A stretch of 64,000 nucleotides of DNA, taken from the NCBI GenBank assembly GCA_964589365.1, contig CAZPTQ010000002.1, positions 4,746 to 68,745 of the forward strand, given 5' to 3'. A model generated the notes under the pieces. It searched no databases. It had not been told where the DNA came from and saw nothing but the letters and a program-made list of their open reading frames with translations. The stretch is from an uncultured Saprospiraceae bacterium (lineage in GTDB: Bacteria; Bacteroidota; Bacteroidia; Chitinophagales; Saprospiraceae). Below, in pieces: positions 43,617 to 52,882 of the stretch; position 1 is the first letter of the stretch, and the number at the start of each line of letters is the position of its first letter. The translations under genes and the position numbers were made by a program.

Positions 43617-46241
43617 CTAGTTGCCTCCTCGCTTCTCCTCCTCAGCTTCCTTCTCCGATTTGTGCCCGAAAATACGGCGAAAAAGACCTTTTTTCTTCTC
43701 GCCTTCGGGCTTGTCCTTTTCATCTACGGGGACTTCTCCACCGGGCGTTTCGCCTGGTTTGAGTCGCTTGGTGTAGACTTGAAGCAATGAATCGCGCAGG
43801 GTAGAGTCCTGCCCTACTTCATTTATGAACATCTGGAAAGAATCCGGTGAAATACTAATCCAGGGCTGGCAGCCCAACAAATTGAGCACTTCTGGTTTTG
43901 GGGTTGGGAATCGCTCTATTAGGAGTTTGCTGAGTTTTTTGTCGCCGGCAATCTTGTTCCAAAAACCTCCTACAATGGGCAATGCCATAGCCGAGCCTTG
44001 TCCTTGTGCCATGTTTCGAAAGCGCACAGCTGGGCTTTCGCCACCCACCCAAGCACCCGTGACGAGTTGGGGATTGTAGCAAATAAACCAACCGTCGGAA
44101 TGATTTTGAGTGGTACCTGTTTTGCCCGCAAAATCGCCGCGTACATAAGCGCGAAGCCGTGCGCCGGTGCCATGGTCCACCACATTTTGAAGCATTTTGG
44201 TCATGGTGGCGGCTTGGTTGATGGTCAGCGCCTCCTCGTATGGGCCGAGTTTGGGATTGATTTCCAGTTCTTTTTTATAGTCGTAGATGTCATTGCCGCG
44301 GCGGTCAGCAACGCGCAGGACCGTGACAGGTTCAGGGCGTTTCCCTGCATTAGCCATCGTTCCATAAACTTTCATCATTTCGTAGAGCGAAGTATTGGCC
44401 GCGCCAAGACTGATGCCAAATTCACGGGGCAAAGTAGAAGTAATGCCCATTTTTATGGCTAGATCAATGGTCTTTTGGATACCAACCTTCTCGATGATCT
44501 GAGCGGTGACGACATTGACGGAGCGAGTGAGTGCCCCTGCCGCAGAATACCAACCTCCGTAGGTCTCATCGGCATTGTGCGGTTCCCAGTCCAGTATCTT
44601 CTTGATTTGGTTGGGGAAATATGTGCAGGGTTTAATCGTGTCTTGCAGCGCGGCAGCATAAACTATGGGTTTGAATGTGGAGCCAACCTGCCGCTTGGTG
44701 AGCGTATGGTCTACTTTGAAATTTTTGAAATGAATGCCTCCCACCCAGGCGCGGATGTAGCCGTTGCGATGGTCCATGGCCATAAACCCGCAGTTGAGCA
44801 TACAGAAATAGTAACGTACCGAATCAATTGGGGTCATGGTGGTATCCATTTCGGAACCCCCGTTTTGCCAAGTAAAAATGGTCATGCGTGTCGGCGTTTC
44901 AAAAGACTTTCGGGCATCTTCATCGCTTTTACCCGCTTCCTTGAGTGACTCCCAGCGACTGCTGTTTTCTACCTGTTTGTCAATCCACTTATCATCGCCC
45001 CAGGGTTTTTCCTGCTTATAGTTTTTCCAGTGTTGGTCAAATTGTTTTTGCAGCTTTTGCATATGTGCTTGCACCGATTCCTCAGCGAACTGTTGCATTT
45101 TGGAGTTGAGCGTGGTGTAAATTTTGAGCCCGTCGGTATACAGGTTGTAGGGTTTTCCGTCAGCGTTTCGGAGGTCTTTCAATATCTTGGGCATCACATC
45201 GGTGCGGAGGTGCTCGCGGAAGTAGGTACCCGTGCCTTCATTGTTGCTGTCCACATTGTGGCGTTTTGCACCCACTGGTTTTTTGCTCAACTCGTCGTAT
45301 TCTGCTTGGGTAAGGTGGCCGTTATTCACCATCTGTCTCAGTACTACATTGCGGCGTTTTTTGGCGTATTCAGGATTTCGTAGTGGGTTGTACAAGGTGG
45401 TGCCTTTGAGCATCCCTACGAGCGTGGAGGCTTGATCCACGGTGAGGTCGTTGGGCTTTTTGCCAAAAAATTGTCGGGAAGCAACATTGATACCAAATGA
45501 GTTCTCCCCAAAGGGCACCGTATTCAAATAAAGGCTCAGCAACTGAGGTTTGGAGTAGACCCTTTCAAGGCGGACGGAAATAAAATTTTCTCGTATCTTA
45601 TTGATTATCATGCTCACTCCAGGAACATAATAGTTCTTTCTTGGATAGAGGTTTTTGGCCAATTGTTGGCTTAGGGTCGAGCCGCCGCCGCGATGCCGTT
45701 GACCTGTAAGCAGGCCGAAACCTACCCGCATATAACTCATAATGTCAATGCCGCTGTGCTCCAAAAAACGCTTGTCTTCTGTTGCAATGAGGGCATTTAT
45801 TATGAATGGGGATACATTTTCGAGTGAAATGGACGTCCGGTTTTCAAAAAAATACTTCCCGATCAATACACTGTCGGCAGTATAAATTTCTGTAGAATTC
45901 GCCGATTCGATTTCCCGAAGTTCAGAAGTGGAAGGCAGCCGCCCAAAAAGGCCAATCCACACGCCTAAAATTAATAGCAAAATGGCATACAGCCCCCAAC
46001 GAGCAAAAGTGCCGAGCCATCCCAGGGTAAAACCCATCTTTGGGTAACGCTCCCGGAAACCTGCCCAACGTGTGCGCACTGGCGCAGTGAGGCTGGCCCA
46101 GATGTTGGCAACCGGCTGCAAGAAAGTCCAAATAGGTGCTGTAAGTCGAGCCCACGCGATGCGCACAGGGCTTGTTTTATCAAGAACCCAAGAGAAGGCG
46201 TTTTGGATTATTTTGATCAAGGTCTGGAAAAATTCGAGCAT
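43617..46241 (-). CDS. mrcA: class A penicillin-binding protein 1A (glycosyltransferase GT51 plus transpeptidase)
   Basis: 874 aa. ATEDKRFLEHSGID, GGSTLSQQLAKN, RKxxE region, STFKP, SVN, KTGTT. Confidence 0.92.
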   Translation of the reverse strand: MLEFFQTLIKIIQNAFSWVLDKTSPVRIAWARLTAPIWTFLQPVANIWASLTAPVRTRWAGFRERYPKMGFTLGWLGTFARWGLYAILLLILGVWIGLFGRLPSTSELREIESANSTEIYTADSVLIGKYFFENRTSISLENVSPFIINALIATEDKRFLEHSGIDIMSYMRVGFGLLTGQRHRGGGSTLSQQLAKNLYPRKNYYVPGVSMIINKIRENFISVRLERVYSKPQLLSLYLNTVPFGENSFGINVASRQFFGKKPNDLTVDQASTLVGMLKGTTLYNPLRNPEYAKKRRNVVLRQMVNNGHLTQAEYDELSKKPVGAKRHNVDSNNEGTGTYFREHLRTDVMPKILKDLRNADGKPYNLYTDGLKIYTTLNSKMQQFAEESVQAHMQKLQKQFDQHWKNYKQEKPWGDDKWIDKQVENSSRWESLKEAGKSDEDARKSFETPTRMTIFTWQNGGSEMDTTMTPIDSVRYYFCMLNCGFMAMDHRNGYIRAWVGGIHFKNFKVDHTLTKRQVGSTFKPIVYAAALQDTIKPCTYFPNQIKKILDWEPHNADETYGGWYSAAGALTRSVNVVTAQIIEKVGIQKTIDLAIKMGITSTLPREFGISLGAANTSLYEMMKVYGTMANAGKRPEPVTVLRVADRRGNDIYDYKKELEINPKLGPYEEALTINQAATMTKMLQNVVDHGTGARLRAYVRGDFAGKTGTTQNHSDGWFICYNPQLVTGAWVGGESPAVRFRNMAQGQGSAMALPIVGGFWNKIAGDKKLSKLLIERFPTPKPEVLNLLGCQPWISISPDSFQMFINEVGQDSTLRDSLLQVYTKRLKPGETPGGEVPVDEKDKPEGEKKKGLFRRIFGHKSEKEAEEEKRGGN

Positions 46242-46518
46242 GGTGTTGTCCCAAAAAGTGCGCGAAGGTAAGAAAGGTCGTGGAAACGATTTTCACGAAC
46301 GAGTAGTGTGCAAACTTTTACAGCAGTTCTAAATTTGACTGTCTTTGACCCTGTCTTGCTGACTGACTCAGATTTTTCGGGGCTGTTTACGCAGCATTGG
46401 CGCGCGCTTGAATGGAAACATCTTGGCTCCAACGACAATAACAACTGTAAACCAATCAGATATGCTGCAATTGAAACTTTTCAGCATCAAAATTGAATAA
46501 ATACAAAACAAATAGTTT

Positions 46519-46526
46519 TATATTTG
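46519..46526 (+). promoter_or_regulatory. TAnnTTTG -7 box upstream of the SRPBCC cluster
   Basis: TATATTTG about 130 nt upstream of the ATG at 46654. Motif match only. Confidence 0.3.
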
Positions 46527-46653
46527 CCTTTCAATGGAAACTGCCGGGAAGCCATGACTTTTTTATTATGCTACCCAATGAACACATACAAAAGCAAGCA
46601 ATCTCTAATTTTATAACTTTTTAACAAGGAATTCAACAGACAAAACCAACATC

Positions 46654-47052
46654 ATGGTAGAAGTAATCGTCTACGCTCCGGTAGATAAAGTATGGGCCAT
46701 CTATACTTCGCCCGAACACATCTTGCAATGGAACAACGCGTCAGAGGATTGGCACACCACTTAAGCTACCAACGATTTGAAACCTGGTGGTAAATTCAAT
46801 TCCTACATGGCAGCCAAAGATGGTAGTATGGGCTTTGATTTTTGGGGGATATACGATGCGGTTAAGACACACCAAAAAATAGCCTATACGATGGGCGACG
46901 GACGTAAAGCGGAAGTGCATTTTACCAGCCATGGAGACAAAACAAAAGTGGTTGTGACATTTGAAGCCGAGACAGAAAACTCCATTGAACTGCAGCAAGG
47001 TGGTTGGCAGGCCATTTTGAACAATTTTAAAGCCCACGTGGAATCACAGTAG
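46654..47052 (+). pseudogene. SRPBCC (AHSA1/START-like) gene interrupted by an in-frame TAA
   Basis: The ATG at 46654 gives MVEVIVYAPVDKVWAIYTSPEHILQWNNASEDWHTT. A TAA follows at 46762-46764. The same frame then continues ATNDLKPGGKFNSYMAAKDGSMGFDFWGIYD...GGWQAILNNFKAHVESQ. The track ORF 46777..47052 starts at an internal TTG. Confidence 0.6.
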
Positions 47053-47089
47053 GGTTGAATTAACCATTCAACTTCTAAATTTTTAAGCG

Positions 47090-48388
47090 ATGAAAAAACT
47101 TACATTTTCAACCCAAATCAGCGCACCCAAAGAACGGGTCTGGAACATACTCTGGGGTGACCTGAGCTACCCAAGCTGGACGAGCGTATTCAGCGAAGGC
47201 TCCCGCGCAGAACCGGACTGGAAAGAAGGCAGCAAAATCCTTTTTCTTGACGGCAAAGGATCGGGTATGGTAAGCAAAATCGCCCGATCAATTCCCAATG
47301 AATTCATGTCTTTTGAACATCTCGGAGAGATCAAAGACGGTGTGGAAGACTACCTCTCCGCCGAGGCGAAAGGCTGGTCGGGTGCTCATGAAAACTATAC
47401 GCTTCGGGAAAAAGATGGTGGCACGGAACTGGCAGTCGAATTGGATATAGACGATTCCTTCGGCGATATGTTCTTGGAAGTATTCCCAAAAGCCCTGCAA
47501 AAAGTGAAAGAATTGGCCGAAGCGCAAAAAATCACTCCCTTTATCTGGTTTGACCAACAGGCAGAAGAGGCCGTAAATTTGTACACCTCCATTTTCCCCA
47601 ATTCGGAAATCACGAGCATGGCCAAATTGCCGAATGGCTCTTTGATGACTGCAGGTTTTCAACTTTGCGTAGAAAATTTTGTGGCTTTGAACGGAGGCCC
47701 TATGTTTAAACTCAACCCTTCGATCTCCTTTTTTGTCGTCTGCGAAACCGAGGCCGAGCTTGACAACGCTTGGCAAAAACTCTTGGAAGGCGGCTCGGTG
47801 ATGATGCCCCTCGACCGATATCCTTGGGCCGAAAAGTATGGTTGGCTGCAAGACCCTTACGGGCTTACCTGGCAACTGTCGTTGGGCAAATTGAGTGACG
47901 TGGGGCAAAAATTCACCCCAACCCTCCTGTTCGTGGGCGAGCAGCACGGACGGGCGGAAGAGGCCTTGAACCTGTACTGTTCCATCTTCAAAAATGCCAA
48001 AACGGATGGCATCATGCGCTACGGCGAGAACGACCCTAGCGGTACGGCGGGCACGGTACAGCACGCGCAATTCGGTCTCGACGGTCAGAAATTCATGGTC
48101 ATGGACAACAACGGGGAGCATGCGTTCCAATTCAATGAAGCCTTATCTTTTGTCATCAATTGTGACACACAGCAAGAAATTGATTATTACTGGGATGCAT
48201 TGACCGCTGATGGAGGAGTTGAGAGCATGTGTGGCTGGTTGAAAGACAAATTTGGGGTATCCTGGCAAGTAGTGCCGCCGATTTTGAGCAAATTATTGAG
48301 CGACCCTGATCCTGCTAAATCCCAACGGGTCATGCAGGCTATGTGCCAAATGAAAAAACTGGACATTGCCGGTTTGAGCCAGGCATAA
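47090..48388 (+). CDS. fusion protein: SRPBCC (AHSA1-like) domain plus two VOC/PhnB-like (3-demethylubiquinone-9 3-methyltransferase family) domains
   Basis: 432 aa. The N-terminus ISAPKERVWNILWGDLSYPSWTSVF is SRPBCC. ITPFIWFDQQAEEAVNLYTSIF...YGLTWQL and FTPTLLFVGEQHGRAEEALNLYCSIF...FGVSWQV are two PhnB-like repeats. Confidence 0.85.
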   Translation: MKKLTFSTQISAPKERVWNILWGDLSYPSWTSVFSEGSRAEPDWKEGSKILFLDGKGSGMVSKIARSIPNEFMSFEHLGEIKDGVEDYLSAEAKGWSGAHENYTLREKDGGTELAVELDIDDSFGDMFLEVFPKALQKVKELAEAQKITPFIWFDQQAEEAVNLYTSIFPNSEITSMAKLPNGSLMTAGFQLCVENFVALNGGPMFKLNPSISFFVVCETEAELDNAWQKLLEGGSVMMPLDRYPWAEKYGWLQDPYGLTWQLSLGKLSDVGQKFTPTLLFVGEQHGRAEEALNLYCSIFKNAKTDGIMRYGENDPSGTAGTVQHAQFGLDGQKFMVMDNNGEHAFQFNEALSFVINCDTQQEIDYYWDALTADGGVESMCGWLKDKFGVSWQVVPPILSKLLSDPDPAKSQRVMQAMCQMKKLDIAGLSQA

Positions 48389-48421
48389 AATCATTCACAT
48401 CTAAAACAAAATTGATTAAAA

Positions 48422-48958
48422 ATGAAAATTCTGAAAAAAATCCTCCTCGCGCTGGGCATCCTCATAGCCATTCCCCTTATCGTCGCTTTGTTCATGTCAA
48501 GAGACTACAAAGCAGAACGTGAAATCACGATCAACAAGCCCAAACAAGAAGTCTTCGATTATGTCAAGTACCTGAAAAACCAGAATAACTACAGCACCTG
48601 GAACATGATGGACCCAAAAATGAAACAGAGCTACCGCGGCACCGATGGGACTGTGGGGTTTGTATCCGCTTGGGAAAGCGATATGATGGGCAATGGTGAG
48701 CAGGAAATTAAAAAGATCACCGAAGGAGAAAGGATTGACGCAGAACTGCGTTTCAAGGGTATGTTTTCTTCGACTTCACCTGCTTTCATGACCACCGAAG
48801 CCGTAAACGATTCGGTGACAAAAGTAAAAATGGCTATGAGCGGCAATATGGCTTATCCCTTGAACTTCATGCAGGTGTTTATGAGTATGGAGGAAATGAT
48901 CGGGACGGAATACGAAAAGTCATTGATGAACCTCAAAGGGATTCTTGAAAAACAATAA
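48422..48958 (+). CDS. membrane-anchored SRPBCC family protein
   Basis: 178 aa. N-terminal TM (ILLALGILIAIPLIVALF), then a polyketide-cyclase/SRPBCC-like pattern (REITINKPKQEVFDYV). Confidence 0.7.
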   Translation: MKILKKILLALGILIAIPLIVALFMSRDYKAEREITINKPKQEVFDYVKYLKNQNNYSTWNMMDPKMKQSYRGTDGTVGFVSAWESDMMGNGEQEIKKITEGERIDAELRFKGMFSSTSPAFMTTEAVNDSVTKVKMAMSGNMAYPLNFMQVFMSMEEMIGTEYEKSLMNLKGILEKQ

Positions 48959-48967
48959 AAATACACC

Positions 48968-49066
48968 ATGAAAAAACTTGTTCTTTTTATGCACATCTCC
49001 CTCGATGGTATCAAATCGTTCAAAATTCAAAATGTATGGAATCTCCAAATCGCTCAAAAAAGTTGA
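48968..49066 (+). pseudogene. 32-codon remnant of a RibD_C/dihydrofolate-reductase-like gene
   Basis: The ATG at 48968 encodes MKKLVLFMHISLDG, the conserved N-terminus of the RibD C-terminal domain family. The sequence then diverges and stops at 49064-49066. It overlaps the start of the next ORF in another frame. Confidence 0.35.
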
Positions 49067-49434
49067 CGGATGAGGAATTGGTGCAAGTTTACATGACAAA
49101 ACTCGAGCACCCGCTCAAACCGGAAATAGAAGCCTTGCGCGGTATCATCAAAGGTGCCAGCCCTAATATTTCGGAACGTATCAAATGGAATGCCCCGAGC
49201 TACTACTACAAGGAGGACATTGTGACCTTTGGGCCGCCAGCCCGGAAATCAGACGAGATATTGCTGGTTTTTCATTATCCAGGTGTCGTAAAAATCAGCG
49301 CTGCGATTTTGGAAGGGAATTACAAAGACCGACGATTGGCTATTTTCAAAAACATAGCCGAAATTGAAGCGAAGCGTGAAGAATTAACGAGCATTTTGAA
49401 CACGATCATCGGTGAAATTGATGGCGAAGGATGA
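49036..49434 (+). CDS. DUF1801 (YdhG-like) domain protein
   Basis: 132 aa. ISERIKWNAPSYYYKEDIVTFGP is the typical DUF1801 core. Confidence 0.75.
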   Translation: MESPNRSKKLTDEELVQVYMTKLEHPLKPEIEALRGIIKGASPNISERIKWNAPSYYYKEDIVTFGPPARKSDEILLVFHYPGVVKISAAILEGNYKDRRLAIFKNIAEIEAKREELTSILNTIIGEIDGEG

Positions 49435-49542
49435 AAAACGACAAAAAAATCGCCGGAGCGACTATTACATCTCTTCGGCGAGGTCTTCACGCTTAGCGTG
49501 GAAAAGTTGGAAATAAGTTTAGGTGGGAAAACCGTGGTGGTG

Positions 49543-49782
49543 TCACTCTTTATTTTCGTGCATCCTACTTCGAATGCGCTGAATAAGTGCCGGGGAGGCT
49601 TTTTCGCGCGACAGGTTTGCTTTGAGCAAGGAGCGCAGTGATTCCACATCGGGAGATTCTGGTTTTCGGGGCGCCGGTTTTTCGGCGAATACTTTGTGCT
49701 CAAAAAGTGCTGAATCTTCCGGGCCACTGACCCGGGGCTTGTCGCTGGCGGGTATGCCAGTTTCATTGCGTGCGTTTTTCAT
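49543..49782 (-). CDS. possible small hypothetical protein (79 aa)
   Basis: This is the C-terminal part of track ORF 49543..50013, starting at the internal ATG at 49782 (MKNARNETG...SLRSLLKANLSREKASPALIQRIRSRM). The N-terminal 77 codons of the long ORF look non-protein-like. No family recognised. Confidence 0.3.
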   Translation of the reverse strand: MKNARNETGIPASDKPRVSGPEDSALFEHKVFAEKPAPRKPESPDVESLRSLLKANLSREKASPALIQRIRSRMHENKE

Positions 49783-50060
49783 GCTGACGTGAATTTGTGC
49801 CGGTGTTCTGTCACTTGGATTGCTGCCTCCATATCTGCCTTTGCCAACAACGCCGGGTATCCCATATTGCCTGCTGCGGCTGCCAACCGCGCTAAGACAT
49901 ATTGATATGGGCGACCAATTTATCGCGGACGCTGAGACGAGGTTCAAGCATGGAAGGAAGCAGGCAATAGTAGCCTGCTGACCTGTGGAAGAACGCTGAC
50001 GAGTGAATAACATAGTGATGACGTTTTTATTTGTTGTTGAGATTGTTGAGGTGTTTATGC

Positions 50061-50115
50061 GAAAAAAGGGTTTGCCGCGGGCAGTTTCTAAAACTGCTTT
50101 CGGGCAAACCCTTTT
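50061..50115 (-). terminator. rho-independent terminator after the ECF sigma gene
   Basis: The minus strand reads aaagggtttgcccgaaagcagttttagaaactgcccgcggcaaaccctttttt. This is an extended stem (gggtttgcc/ggcaaaccc plus gcagttt/aaactgc) followed by a T-run. Confidence 0.7.
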
Positions 50116-50118
50116 ATT

Positions 50119-50712
50119 TTACGCTGCGCTGGGAGCATCTTCGTCTGTGCCTACGGTGCCCTCGTTGTCTTGCACGTTATAGCCTTTTGAGCGTCCGTAC
50201 ATTTCTAGTTTTTTCGCCAAAACATTGCGGGCGCGGTGCAGACGCGAACGGACTGTTCCGATCGGGATGTCCAAAATGGCCGCGATTTCTTCGTAAGTGA
50301 AATCTTCGAGGTCAAGGAGTACTACCGTACGGAAGTTGGGCGAAAGGGCATTGACCGCCAACATCACCTCATCGCCCATGCGGTCGTTGCGCGGAGCCTC
50401 AGCGACGGGTAAAATACGCACCGTTGGGTCTTCAATATCGCGGGTGCGGGGTTGGGTCTTCCGGCTGCGCCACTCATTGATGAAAGCGTTGCGGCAGATT
50501 CGGAACAGCCATGCTTTGGCGTTCGTCTCAGCGGTGTAGCGCTCGATAAAGCGCCATGCCTTCATAAAGGTCTCTTGTGCGAGGTCCTCAGCCTGAGTCT
50601 TGTCGCCAGTTAGGCGATAGGAGAACGCATAGACCGCATCAAGCAGTGGAACGAATTCCTGCTCGAATACTTGACTTTGCGCGCTGTTTGCCTTGTAGGT
50701 TAAGGTAGCCAT
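50119..50712 (-). CDS. ECF-type RNA polymerase sigma-70 family factor
   Basis: 197 aa. Region 2 (DLAQETFMKAWRFIERY, AWLFRICRNAFINEWR) and region 4 (FTYEEIAAILDIPIGTVRSRLHRAR). Confidence 0.92.
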   Translation of the reverse strand: MATLTYKANSAQSQVFEQEFVPLLDAVYAFSYRLTGDKTQAEDLAQETFMKAWRFIERYTAETNAKAWLFRICRNAFINEWRSRKTQPRTRDIEDPTVRILPVAEAPRNDRMGDEVMLAVNALSPNFRTVVLLDLEDFTYEEIAAILDIPIGTVRSRLHRARNVLAKKLEMYGRSKGYNVQDNEGTVGTDEDAPSAA

Positions 50713-50832
50713 AGAGTTTTGGTTTTAGTTATTCGGAACTACAAAGGTCGCCGATAGGCGCACACAACACAAGGGGGGGAGGCGTGAGTTCCCGTAGGCG
50801 AACATTTTTTTAAAAAAACAACTATTTAATGC

Positions 50833-51303
50833 TCAAACCGTGCCTCGATTCCTTGTGCGCCAAATAGAAAGCATCATGCGAATGGCAAAAGCAGGCGCAG
50901 CAATTGCACTTCCAACGCCGAAAAAGAGCATTTCGCCCCAAATATATTCCTCAATGGCTGGCTGTTGAGCAGGTGGAAGATGCCCTGTGAGCGGTTCCCA
51001 CGTTTGTTCTTCGATGAAACCTAAAAACTCATTGATCCTTTCAATCAACCAAAATGTTAGCGGAAACATGAGGAGCATCAGCACGATTTTTAACTCTTGT
51101 TGTCTGCTGATAAAAGTGTGCTTGAGCAGAAAAATATATCGGGTCAGTGTAAGGAGCACCACTACAAACAGCACATTTGTCCATTCAAACGGCCATACGT
51201 ACATCGCCTTTTGGATGGGTTGCAATACAACCCAAACGACGATGGCTGTGATGACCCACCAAAGCAATTCGAGTATGATTTTCAAGGTGTTGGATTTGTT
51301 CAT
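50833..51303 (-). CDS. hypothetical integral membrane protein
   Basis: ORF 50833..51339 trimmed to the ATG at 51303 (MNKSNTLKIILELLWWVITAIVVWVVL). Four predicted TM segments. Confidence 0.6.
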   Translation of the reverse strand: MNKSNTLKIILELLWWVITAIVVWVVLQPIQKAMYVWPFEWTNVLFVVVLLTLTRYIFLLKHTFISRQQELKIVLMLLMFPLTFWLIERINEFLGFIEEQTWEPLTGHLPPAQQPAIEEYIWGEMLFFGVGSAIAAPAFAIRMMLSIWRTRNRGTV

Positions 51304-51351
51304 GCTGTTCGTTTTATTTGTATGCGGCATTGAAAACAACTTTTTTTAGGC

Positions 51352-52803
51352 TCAGGCCTCAATCCCTTCATTTTCTTTAGACCTCCCCCATAAACTCCCC
51401 AGCAACATGCCCAATGCGCTGGCAGCCAATCCATAAAGTATGGCGGGCACTTCGAGCAGCACCTGGGTTGTGCCTCCAACCTCCCCCGATTCGGCCAAAG
51501 GGGGCAATAACCAATTTGTGCCAAACCAAACAACAAGGCCCGCTATCATGGAAGCAATGGCACCCGTCCCAGTGGCTCTTTTCCAATAAAGGCCCGCAAT
51601 GAGCGGCACAAAAAGCGACACCAGGCTAAATGCAGAAGATTCGCCTACCAATTCGAAAATGTTGTTGCGAGACAATGCCATGAGCCCGGTGATGATGGCT
51701 ACCCCAACCAGTGAAATGCGCATGATACGCAAAAGTTGCATATCCGTGATATTCCGAAAAAGTGGCCGCACGAGGTTTTCGCCGATTACTGTGGCCGGGG
51801 CCAGCATCGCGCCGCTACAAGTGCTCAAAATGGCCGAAATGAGCGCTCCGAAAAAGAAAATTTGCATGGCTGGCCCACTATGCTGAAGCACCATGGTGGG
51901 TATTATCATCTGCGCATCGCCTTCCAAAAGTTCAGGGTAAAGCACTATCGCACAGTAGCAGATGATGAGCGGGAGCATCGCTATTGTGAGGTACATGAAG
52001 GAGGATATGTAACAAGCCCATACCGATGAGCGCACATTTTTAGCAGCCATAACTCGCTGAAAAACATCCTGTTGTGGTATGCTGCCCAGGCCGATGGTCA
52101 TCCACGCGGCAAACCAGTGGATAATTTCTGTCGGTTTGGGATCAGGAAAAAATTGAAAAAAATCAGGCGGGGCAGCTGCCACCATTTTATCAAACCCACC
52201 CACCTGCATTACCATACTGACGGCCAGTACCAGCAGGCCTACAATAATGGCGATGGTCTGTACAAAATCCGTGACAGCCACCGACCACATCCCCCCGATA
52301 TAGGTATAAACCACCACCAGCGTGGTGCAAAGCAGCACACCCCATTCGCGCTCCAGACCGCTCACTGCTTCCAACACAATCGCCAAAGCAACTATTTGTG
52401 CTGCAATCCAACTAAAATAAGAAGGCACCATAAAGATGGCAGAGGTAATTTCTGCGGGCCGCCCAAATCGTATTCGATAAAAATCATTGAATGTCAGGAT
52501 TTTGAGATTGTAAAGCGGTCGTGCTACGAGCAAGCCTGCAAGCAAAAGACAAAGCGCAGCCCCAAAGGGGTCTTCAATGACCCCCAATAGTCCGTGCTCT
52601 GCAAATTCTGCACCAGCACCCAACACTGTTTCAGAGCCAAACCAGGTAGCAAATAGGGCGCAAGCAACGATAAACATAGGAAGGCCCCTTCCCGCTATTA
52701 CAAAATCGGCTGTTGTTTTTACGCGCCGTGAAGCCCACCAGCCTACTGCCAAAGTTCCGAAAAGGTATAAGGCTATAAAGCTGAGTAACAATCCATTTTG
52801 CAT
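51352..52803 (-). CDS. sodium:solute symporter (SSS) family transporter
   Basis: 483 aa. FVIAGRGLPMFIVACALFATWFGSETVLG, with more than 12 TM segments. Confidence 0.9.
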   Translation of the reverse strand: MQNGLLLSFIALYLFGTLAVGWWASRRVKTTADFVIAGRGLPMFIVACALFATWFGSETVLGAGAEFAEHGLLGVIEDPFGAALCLLLAGLLVARPLYNLKILTFNDFYRIRFGRPAEITSAIFMVPSYFSWIAAQIVALAIVLEAVSGLEREWGVLLCTTLVVVYTYIGGMWSVAVTDFVQTIAIIVGLLVLAVSMVMQVGGFDKMVAAAPPDFFQFFPDPKPTEIIHWFAAWMTIGLGSIPQQDVFQRVMAAKNVRSSVWACYISSFMYLTIAMLPLIICYCAIVLYPELLEGDAQMIIPTMVLQHSGPAMQIFFFGALISAILSTCSGAMLAPATVIGENLVRPLFRNITDMQLLRIMRISLVGVAIITGLMALSRNNIFELVGESSAFSLVSLFVPLIAGLYWKRATGTGAIASMIAGLVVWFGTNWLLPPLAESGEVGGTTQVLLEVPAILYGLAASALGMLLGSLWGRSKENEGIEA

Positions 52804-52882
52804 GAGAAAAGCAACAGGGTTTTGATTTTCGCGTCAAAGGTAAAATTGTGCGTAAGGAAGAACCCTGGTTTTGGAGCCTCTA

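Noticed and set aside
42949-43617. 222-aa minus-strand ORF
   Set aside because: It covers the RsbW-like gene on the opposite strand plus non-coding sequence. The + strand product has clear HATPase motifs.
47288-48130. 280-aa minus-strand ORF
   Set aside because: It lies antisense to the SRPBCC-VOC-VOC fusion gene, which has clear domain motifs.
49940-49995. SRP (4.5S) RNA-like motif GGAAGGAAGCAGG on the + strand
   Set aside because: The purine-rich string resembles the GGAA tetraloop plus GGAAGCAG 3' strand of SRP helix 8. However, the sequence upstream (GAGGUUCAAGCAU) cannot form the required UCC/GGA and GGUC/GCC stems. The segment instead simply forms a gcaggc/gcctgc hairpin with a different loop. 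I treat it as a chance match.
50765-50793. Possible ECF-type autoregulatory promoter (GGGAAC ... GTT) upstream of the sigma factor gene
   Set aside because: On the minus strand GGGAAC is followed by GTG after 17 nt and by GTT after 19 nt. Neither spacing fits the SigR/SigH-type GGAAT-N18-GTT consensus cleanly, and the consensus for this Bacteroidota ECF group is unknown to me. The evidence is too weak to call.
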